A DNA stretch of 64,000 bases from Capsulimonadaceae bacterium (GTDB lineage: Bacteria; Armatimonadota; Armatimonadia; Armatimonadales; Capsulimonadaceae): NCBI GenBank assembly GCA_965215505.1, contig OZ244065.1, positions 1,408,001-1,472,000 of the forward strand, given 5' to 3'. Position numbers and translations under genes: made by a program. Position 1 is the stretch's first letter. Each line of letters begins with the position of its first letter. The notes under the pieces are model-generated. The model saw nothing but the letters and a program-made list of their open reading frames with translations, had not been told where the DNA came from and did no database searches. Shown here in pieces: positions 57,264 through 64,000 of the stretch.

Positions 57264-58745
57264 ATGGAACTCTACGAACTGACCGCCCATGAGCTAGCCG
57301 CAAAGCTTGCTTCCCGCGACGTTTCCGCCCGCGAGGTCACCGACGCCGTTTTAGACCGCATCGGCGAGGTCGAGGGCCACGTCAAGGCTTACGTCACCGT
57401 CACCGAGGCTGTCGCCCAGGCGCAGGCCGACGCCGTAGATTCCGCCCGCGCGCGCGGCGAGGCGCTGTCGCCCCTGGCAGGCATCCCCATCGCTTTGAAG
57501 GACAACCTCTGCACCCTGGGGACCGAGACGACCTGCTCGTCGCGCATCCTCAAAGGCTTCGTGCCGCCCTACAGCGCCACCGTCGTGGACAGGCTGCAAG
57601 CATCGGGCGGCGTCTTCGTCGGCAAGGCCAACCTCGACGAGTTCGCGATGGGGTCCAGCACCGAGAACTCCGCTTTCGGGGCCTCGCACAACCCGTGGGA
57701 CCTTCGCACCGTGCCGGGCGGCTCGTCCGGCGGCTCCACCGCCGCTGTCGCGGCAGGCGAAGCGGTCTGGGCGCTCGGCTCGGACACCGGTGGCAGCATC
57801 CGGCAGCCCGCCGCCTTCTGCGGCGTCGTCGGCCTGAAGCCCACCTATGGCCGCGTCTCCCGCTACGGCCTGATCGCCTTCGCCTCGTCGCTCGACCAGA
57901 TCGGCCCGATCACCCGCGATGTCCGCGACGCCGCCCTGCTGCTTACTGCCATCAGCGGCCATGACCCGCTGGACAGCACCAGCATCATCCGCGACGTGCC
58001 CGACTACACGAAGTCCCTGACCGGCGACGTCAAGGGCATGAAGCTCGGCGTCCCCAAAGAATACTTCGCCCAGGGTGTCCAGCCCGCCGTCGCCGAGGCG
58101 GTCCGCGCCGCCATCGACGTGCTGGTGTCCCACGGGGCGGTCGCCGAGGAGATCAGCCTGCCCCACTCCGAGTACGCCCTGCCGACCTACTACATCCTGG
58201 CCCCCGCCGAAGCCTCCTCCAACCTGGCCCGCTACGACGGCGTCCGCTTCGGCCACCGGACGGCCCGCGCGACCAGCCATGTGGACCTATTCGAAAAGTC
58301 GCGCGAGGAGGGCTTCGGGCCGGAAGTCAAGCAGCGCATCATGATCGGCACCTACGCCCTGTCGGCGGGCTACTATGACGCCTTCTACCTCAAGGCCCAG
58401 CAGGTCCGCACCCTCATCAAACGCGACTTCGACCGGGCCTTCGAAAAGTACGACGCCATCATCGCCCCGACCGCCCCGACCGTCGCCTTCAAGCTGGGCG
58501 AGGTGTCCGACCCGCTGGCGATGAAGCTCAACGACGTCCTGACCATCCCCGCCAACATGGCCGGCATCCCGGCGATCTCGCTCCCCTGCGGCTTCTCGCA
58601 CGGCCTACCCATCGGCCTCCAGCTCATGGCCCCCGCCTTCGGCGAGGAGACGCTTTTCCGCGTCGCCCACGCCTACGAGCAGGCGACCGAATGGCACCGA
58701 CAGCGGCCCATCATCGAGCGGGCCAACCACCTGCACGTCGAGTAG
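57264..58745 (+). CDS. gatA: Asp/Glu-tRNA amidotransferase subunit A
   Basis: [47 protein letters not shown]. Confidence 0.97.
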   Translation: MELYELTAHELAAKLASRDVSAREVTDAVLDRIGEVEGHVKAYVTVTEAVAQAQADAVDSARARGEALSPLAGIPIALKDNLCTLGTETTCSSRILKGFVPPYSATVVDRLQASGGVFVGKANLDEFAMGSSTENSAFGASHNPWDLRTVPGGSSGGSTAAVAAGEAVWALGSDTGGSIRQPAAFCGVVGLKPTYGRVSRYGLIAFASSLDQIGPITRDVRDAALLLTAISGHDPLDSTSIIRDVPDYTKSLTGDVKGMKLGVPKEYFAQGVQPAVAEAVRAAIDVLVSHGAVAEEISLPHSEYALPTYYILAPAEASSNLARYDGVRFGHRTARATSHVDLFEKSREEGFGPEVKQRIMIGTYALSAGYYDAFYLKAQQVRTLIKRDFDRAFEKYDAIIAPTAPTVAFKLGEVSDPLAMKLNDVLTIPANMAGIPAISLPCGFSHGLPIGLQLMAPAFGEETLFRVAHAYEQATEWHRQRPIIERANHLHVE

Positions 58746-58825
58746 CATCGTGGTGTGCTGGAAGCAGCCAGAACCGTCAGCGGCGTGGAGATGGATTGGC
58801 TGTGAGCAGAGGAGGAGAGTAACAG

Positions 58826-59242
58826 GTGCCTTCAAAGAAAGACTTAGATCGCTACCGTGGTGAGATCGGGGAATCGATTGTTGCTTATGAACTCCTAAAA
58901 CGCAACTGGAACGTCATGAAGAACTTGGGCGGTCACGGCTATGACCTGCTGGCAATCAGCAATGATGCCCGTATCACACGACGCATTGAGGTGAAGACAA
59001 CCGACCCGGAACTAAAGACCGGTGCCTTCAGAGGCCAGCTAACAGTTCTCCTTACTGAGTCGGAGCTTGCGGCAGCCGACTTTTTTGTCTTCTACATCCA
59101 CGGGCATGAAGCATTTTTTGTCATCCCCAGGTCGGCTTACCCAGCAAGCCGCTCCGTTACCGTCAATGTAGGTAGGGATCGCAAGATAGCAGCGGGCACC
59201 GCGTATCAACCTTACCGCAACAAGTGGGATGAGCTGGACTAG
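58826..59242 (+). CDS. Small PD-(D/E)XK nuclease-like protein
   Basis: GEIGE..V..EL, GYDLLA, IEVKT; GAGGAG RBS; AT-richer DNA. Confidence 0.75.
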   Translation: MPSKKDLDRYRGEIGESIVAYELLKRNWNVMKNLGGHGYDLLAISNDARITRRIEVKTTDPELKTGAFRGQLTVLLTESELAAADFFVFYIHGHEAFFVIPRSAYPASRSVTVNVGRDRKIAAGTAYQPYRNKWDELD

Positions 59243-59266
59243 ACCTTCTTTAGTTGGGCAACCACG

Positions 59267-59554
59267 ATGACACTCACACTAGAACTCACGCCTGAACAAG
59301 AGCAGCGTATAGAGGCGGGAGCCAAACGCCGGAACATGGATGCGGCGAGCTACGCCAAAGCTTTGCTCTTTGAAGAAGAGCAAGGCTATAGGAGCCAAGT
59401 TCCCGCGCAGGCCGCCGAAGAACAGTGGAGCGGGGCGGATTTAGTCGCATATTGGGAGCGGGAGGGTCTGATCGGCACCCGCCCCTACATCCAGGACAGC
59501 CTGGAACACGCATGGGCGATCCGCCGCAGGGCCGAGAGGCGTACCCGCGCATAA
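59267..59554 (+). CDS. Small hypothetical, antitoxin-like (RHH-like N-terminus)
   Basis: MTLTLELTPEQEQRIEAGAKRRNMDAASYAKALL strand-helix-helix pattern. Confidence 0.65.
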   Translation: MTLTLELTPEQEQRIEAGAKRRNMDAASYAKALLFEEEQGYRSQVPAQAAEEQWSGADLVAYWEREGLIGTRPYIQDSLEHAWAIRRRAERRTRA

Positions 59555-59621
59555 CGTCGAGCACTACAGAAGCGTCGCGGGGCTGGTCACGGAGCAGCCG
59601 TACAAACGATAGACCGGTTCT

Positions 59622-60584
59622 ATGACCGACGAAACGACAGCCTTCTCGGCGGCGGGGATGCCTCGCCCCCCCCTCGGGCGGCGGCTCCGGAACGCCCCCG
59701 TGACCCACATCCTGGCCTTCATGGGCCTGGCGCTCCTGTTCCTGCTCGGGACCGGCCTTCTGGCGAAGGCCGCGCTGATGCTCGTGGCCCGGCACTCGCC
59801 CCTGTCCGGCGAGGCCGCGACGGCGCTAGGGTATGCCTGCGCGGCGGCGGCGACCCTCCTGGCCTACGTCGTCATGGTGCGGCGGGTTGACCGCCGCTCG
59901 CTCGGCTCGGCGGGGCTGACCGCGCGCGGGCTGTTCTCCGAGACGGGGATCGGGCTGCTGCTCGGCGGCGGCGTCTTCTCCGCCGTCATGGGCATGATGC
60001 GGGCCGTCGGCCTCTACCACGTCGCCGGCATCAACCCGCATTTCCGCCCCGTCGTCCCGCTGCTGCTGTTTCTCTTCATGGCCGTCTTCCAGGAGGTGGC
60101 CGTGCGCGGGTACATTTTCCAGACCCTGGAGCGGCGCTGGGGGACGGGCATCGCAGTGGCCGGCTCGGCGGCCTTCTTCGGGCTGGCCCACCTGGGCAGC
60201 CCCGTGGAGGGGCTGACGACCGTGCAGTGGCTGGTCGGCCCGGCCTTCATCGGGGTCGAGACGGGCCTGCTGTTCACTGCGGCCTACCTGCTGACCCGCC
60301 GCTTGTGGCTGCCCATCGGCATCCATTGGGGCTGGAACTTCTTTGAAAGCTCCATCTACGGGGCCGCCAACACCGGCTCCTGGGGCGACAATCCGAACAC
60401 GCTGTTCGCGGACCGCTTCACCGGGCCGTTCCTCCTGACCGGCGGCCCGTTCGGGCCGGAGGCCAGCCTGGTCTGCCTGGCCATCGGCGGCTACGCCGGC
60501 CTGCTCCTGCTGCGCCTCGCCATCCGCAAGGGCCAGTGGCGGGCGGCAGGTCAGCCGCCCGAAACCGCAGGGGGACTAAGATGA
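59622..60584 (+). CDS. CPBP/Abi-CAAX intramembrane metalloprotease
   Basis: QEVAVRG (EExxxR variant), FGLAH, HWGWN, FGPEAS; multi-TM. Confidence 0.88.
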   Translation: MTDETTAFSAAGMPRPPLGRRLRNAPVTHILAFMGLALLFLLGTGLLAKAALMLVARHSPLSGEAATALGYACAAAATLLAYVVMVRRVDRRSLGSAGLTARGLFSETGIGLLLGGGVFSAVMGMMRAVGLYHVAGINPHFRPVVPLLLFLFMAVFQEVAVRGYIFQTLERRWGTGIAVAGSAAFFGLAHLGSPVEGLTTVQWLVGPAFIGVETGLLFTAAYLLTRRLWLPIGIHWGWNFFESSIYGAANTGSWGDNPNTLFADRFTGPFLLTGGPFGPEASLVCLAIGGYAGLLLLRLAIRKGQWRAAGQPPETAGGLR

Positions 60585-61378
60585 AGACACTCATTGTTGC
60601 CCTGGCCGTTCTCGCCTCCTTCCCGGCGGCCCACGCGCAGGCACCGGCGGAGGGGCGGATGGTGCAAGTCACGGCCCCATCCTGGCACACGGGCCAATCT
60701 TGGAGTGTTCAGACGCCGCTGCTGCAAGGCGGGGTGCAGATGGGGCGGCCAGAAGGCGGGGTGCAGTCACCGCCGCGCGACTCCCCGACGGCGTTCACGA
60801 CCTACAAGTTTCAAGTCGTGGGACGGCGGACCTTGCGCTATGAGGAGCAGGACGGCAGCGCGCACATCGGTCAGGCCGTGCCGCCCGAGGACTGCTGGCT
60901 AGTCGGCGTCACGGCCGGCCCTCAGTCCTCTGCTTACCCTGTTACTTCATACCACCTCTATTTCCGTGGTGACGACCTCTCCTTGCGCGAGGTCCACCTC
61001 ATCCTCCGCAACGGTCGCGGCGGCTATTTCATGTACAGCGGTACGCGCGTCAGCAACGACGATGAGGCGAAAGCGGCCCTCGTGGTGGACCGCGCGCCTT
61101 ACTGCAACTCGATGGAACCATTCTTGATGGACTGGCCCCGCTTCCCGCTCACCGTCGGCAGCGACGGCGCGGGAGAAAAGAGGGTGTCACATGAGACCGT
61201 CACTCAGACCGGGACGGCAGAGGGAGCGGGCATCAGGGTGGTCCTCCAAACCAGCCGGGAGACCGCGACCCAGACTTGGCTGCCCGGCGACCCCTGGTGG
61301 CGCTCTGCGGAACGGGACGGGCTGAGAAAGTCACGCCTGATTTTAGGCGAGCAACGGCCCGCACATCAGGTAGAATGA
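60581..61378 (+). CDS. Secreted hypothetical protein
   Basis: MKTLIVALAVLASFPAAHA signal peptide; ATGA overlap. Confidence 0.78.
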   Translation: MKTLIVALAVLASFPAAHAQAPAEGRMVQVTAPSWHTGQSWSVQTPLLQGGVQMGRPEGGVQSPPRDSPTAFTTYKFQVVGRRTLRYEEQDGSAHIGQAVPPEDCWLVGVTAGPQSSAYPVTSYHLYFRGDDLSLREVHLILRNGRGGYFMYSGTRVSNDDEAKAALVVDRAPYCNSMEPFLMDWPRFPLTVGSDGAGEKRVSHETVTQTGTAEGAGIRVVLQTSRETATQTWLPGDPWWRSAERDGLRKSRLILGEQRPAHQVE

Positions 61379-61383
61379 AGGCC

Positions 61384-61821
61384 ATGAGTACCAAGACGGC
61401 AGCGCGAACAGAAGTAGACCCGGCACTCCGACAGGAATGGCTCGACACAATGACGGGGCTGAAAAATCAGATTAAGGCATGGGCGGATCAGGAGCCTGAC
61501 TGGACCTTCACGGCTCAGGAAGAGCATAAGATCGAAGAAGCCGCATTGGGTGAATACCCCATCACCGTGTGGAAGCTACAGACGCCCGACGGGGAGGTCC
61601 GCCTGGAGCCTATCGCCCGCAACTATCCTGGGCGCGGCATCGTGGAGCTTTACGCTTGGCCCTCCCTGCGGCGCGTTCACCTGCTGCATGGCGGGAGCGA
61701 GGATGACTGGCGGGTGCGCGTGGACTCTGGCTTTAACCTGCGTCAGCCCTGGGACCGTGAGCATTTCATCACGCTGGTACGGGACCTCATCGGCGCGGAA
61801 GATCTGCTCACCATCGGATGA
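61384..61821 (+). CDS. Hypothetical protein
   Basis: TAGAAT 7 nt upstream of ATG; Trp-rich globular sequence; ATGA-coupled to the next gene. Confidence 0.78.
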   Translation: MSTKTAARTEVDPALRQEWLDTMTGLKNQIKAWADQEPDWTFTAQEEHKIEEAALGEYPITVWKLQTPDGEVRLEPIARNYPGRGIVELYAWPSLRRVHLLHGGSEDDWRVRVDSGFNLRQPWDREHFITLVRDLIGAEDLLTIG

Positions 61822-62282
61822 GTGATCTTTACATCCAGCGCCTCCGGAGTGTGCAGACGGAACTGGCCGCAGTGCGTGCGGCTCTGGCCTGCGTCGAGCG
61901 CAACTGGCAGAGGCAAGGTATTTACCTGGACATCAGGGTGCTGACGCCGGCCGACTTCATTCAAGCCGCCCGCCGCGCGGAGGCGGCGTACTTCATCCGG
62001 CTTTACGCCGAGTTTGAGGGCATACTGAAGGACCATCTTGCGACAAACCATCCGCAGGTCCCTGTACCCGACAAGCCGAAGGTAGACTGGCTGATTACTC
62101 GAATGATACAGGTGGAAGGGCTGGCTGTCGGGCCGCCGCTGCGCCGGAAGATGGACGCCGTGCGTGACTACCGCAACCTGATCGCTCATCGCCAGGCGCG
62201 CTCTACGGCGTTCGTCCTGTTCGATGACGCCCTTTCCGTCCTGAACACGTTCCTCGCGAAACTGCCGGAGCCTTATGTGTGA
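61818..62282 (+). CDS. HEPN-like protein
   Basis: All-helical; LYAEFEG N-terminal Glu and RNLIAH (RxxxxH) motif. Confidence 0.68.
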   Translation: MSDLYIQRLRSVQTELAAVRAALACVERNWQRQGIYLDIRVLTPADFIQAARRAEAAYFIRLYAEFEGILKDHLATNHPQVPVPDKPKVDWLITRMIQVEGLAVGPPLRRKMDAVRDYRNLIAHRQARSTAFVLFDDALSVLNTFLAKLPEPYV

Positions 62283-62318
62283 ACTGCCAGAATGAACCCT
62301 ACTCACGAGAAGCAACCT

Positions 62319-63770
62319 ATGACCCAGCATGAAACCGAGTATGAACCCGTCGTCGGCATGGAGTGCCATGCCGAGCTTTTGACCCGCAGCAAGATGTTCT
62401 GCGGCTGCGCCAACGAGTTCGGCGGGGCGCCCAACACGCGGACCTGCCCCGTCTGCCTCGGCCTGCCCGGCTCCCTGCCCGTGATGAACCGGCAGGCAGT
62501 CCTCCTCGTCCTGCGGACCGCCCTGGCCCTGCACTGCGAGGTGTCGCGCGACTGCCTGTTCGCGCGCAAGAACTACTTCTACCCCGACCTGCCCAAAGGC
62601 TACCAGATCTCGCAGTATGAGGACCCCATCGGCAAGTCCGGCTACCTCGACATCACCCTGGAAGACGGGTCCAGCAAGCGCATCCACATCCGGCGCGTCC
62701 ACCTGGAAGAAGACACCGGCAAGCTGATCCACGCGGGCGGCAACGAGAGCGAGGTGGACTACAACCGCAGCGGGGTCCCGCTGATGGAGATCGTCACCGA
62801 GTTCCCGCCCGACCTCATCTCCGCCGACGAGGCCCGCGCCTACCTCGAAAAGCTGCGCTCCATCCTCGTGTATTTGGGCGTCTCCGACGGCAAGATGGAG
62901 GAGGGCCACCTGCGGGCGGAGCCGAACCTGAGCATCCGGCCTGTCGGCACGGACGGGGTCGGCACCAAGACCGAAATCAAGAACCTGAACTCGTTCAAGT
63001 CCGTCTACAAGGGCATCGGCTACGAGGTCGAGCGCCAGTCCGAACTGCTGAACACCGGCGGCGTCGTCCGGCAGGAGACACTGGGCTGGAACGACCTGCG
63101 CGGCGAAACCTACCACATGCGCTTCAAGGAGGAAGAGCAGGAGTACCGCTACTTCCCCGAGCCGGACCTGGTGCCCCTGCACTTTGAGAACGCCGACGTG
63201 GAGGCCGCCCGCGCCGCCCTGCCCGAGCTGCCCGACGCCAAGCGCGAGCGGTTCACGACGCAGTACGGCCTCCGCCCCTACGACGCGGCCATCCTCACCG
63301 CCTCCCGCCCCCTCGCCGACTACTTCGAGGGCGCGGCGGCGGGCGCGGACGCTCGGGCCATCGCGAACTACGTCACCGGCGACCTTGCCCGCCTCCTGAA
63401 CGCCTCGGGGCAGGAGATCGGCGACTGCAAGGTTACGGCCCCCAACCTGCGCGCGCTGATTGCCCTGCGCGACGGCGGCAAAATCACCAACAGCACGGCC
63501 AAGGCGGTCCTGGAAGAGATGTTCCAGACCGGCGAAACGGCGCAATCCATCGTGGACGCCAAGGGCCTCGCCGCCGTCTCCGACGACGGCCCCATCCTCG
63601 CCGAGGTGGACCGCGCCATAGCCGCCAACCCGGACATCGTCGCCAAGTTCAAGGGCGGCAACGAGAAGAGCAAGAACGCCCTGACCGGCCAGGTGATGAA
63701 GGCATTGAAGGGCCAGGCCCGGCCCGACGTGGTGAACCGGCTGATTGACGAGCGCCTGGCGGCCCTCTGA
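62319..63770 (+). CDS. gatB: Asp/Glu-tRNA amidotransferase subunit B
   Basis: [54 protein letters not shown]. Confidence 0.97.
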   Translation: MTQHETEYEPVVGMECHAELLTRSKMFCGCANEFGGAPNTRTCPVCLGLPGSLPVMNRQAVLLVLRTALALHCEVSRDCLFARKNYFYPDLPKGYQISQYEDPIGKSGYLDITLEDGSSKRIHIRRVHLEEDTGKLIHAGGNESEVDYNRSGVPLMEIVTEFPPDLISADEARAYLEKLRSILVYLGVSDGKMEEGHLRAEPNLSIRPVGTDGVGTKTEIKNLNSFKSVYKGIGYEVERQSELLNTGGVVRQETLGWNDLRGETYHMRFKEEEQEYRYFPEPDLVPLHFENADVEAARAALPELPDAKRERFTTQYGLRPYDAAILTASRPLADYFEGAAAGADARAIANYVTGDLARLLNASGQEIGDCKVTAPNLRALIALRDGGKITNSTAKAVLEEMFQTGETAQSIVDAKGLAAVSDDGPILAEVDRAIAANPDIVAKFKGGNEKSKNALTGQVMKALKGQARPDVVNRLIDERLAAL

Positions 63771-64000
63771 TGCGCCCCGAGTTCCAGCGCCGTGTCGACG
63801 CCATCGAGATCCAGCGCGCGTACCTCCAGAGTGCCGCGCTGGCCCTCACCGATGCCCAGCTAAACTGGTCGCCCCAGGTCGGCGCTTGGAGCATCCGGCA
63901 CATCATCGAACACCTCGTCCTCAGCGACGAGAGCGTCGGGCGGGCGCAGGACGCGGGCGCGATGGAAACCGAAGCCCTGATGTTCCGCGTCCTGCCGCGC
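63770..64000 (+). CDS. DinB-family protein (partial, runs off window)
   Basis: TGATG overlap with gatB; manual translation MRPEFQ...LTDAQLNWSPQVGAWSIRHIIEHL. Confidence 0.8.
   Translation, partial: MRPEFQRRVDAIEIQRAYLQSAALALTDAQLNWSPQVGAWSIRHIIEHLVLSDESVGRAQDAGAMETEALMFRVLPR

Overview
High-GC bacterial chromosomal window; the host may be a soil Armatimonadota-like organism, but that is inference only. 0-26 kb is a pectin (rhamnogalacturonan-I) utilisation region. It holds two LacI regulators, a + strand CAZyme operon (tandem SGNH/CE12-like esterase, GH2, GH106, PL4-like lyase, GH2), and a convergent - strand operon (large uncharacterised FN3 protein, SGNH esterase, cupin, Gfo/Idh/MocA oxidoreductase, DHDPS-like protein, 2-hydroxyacid dehydrogenase) next to a divergent GntR/LacI-type regulator. 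26-64 kb mixes housekeeping and stress genes (glcD-like, rhlE, P450, PfpI, two ferritin-like proteins, GH5 cellulase, der, tgt, ABC-F, uvsE, gatC/A/B) with many small accessory genes (HicAB, YhcG/DUF1016, zeta-like ATPase pair, PD-(D/E)XK nuclease, HEPN-like pair). The main leads are: a stand-alone, HD-less Cas3'-like helicase whose nucleic-acid-binding motifs are eroded, with no CRISPR array or other cas gene in view; an orphan DarT-like ADP-ribosyltransferase directly behind a GGDEF/HD-GYP gene; three families of REP-like palindromes, one with a compensatory base-pair change and one locus where two families abut; and a candidate new CAZyme plus an unassigned sugar-acid pathway. No tRNA, rRNA, CRISPR array, integrase or intact transposase was seen. 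All product calls come from motifs read by eye, not from database searches.
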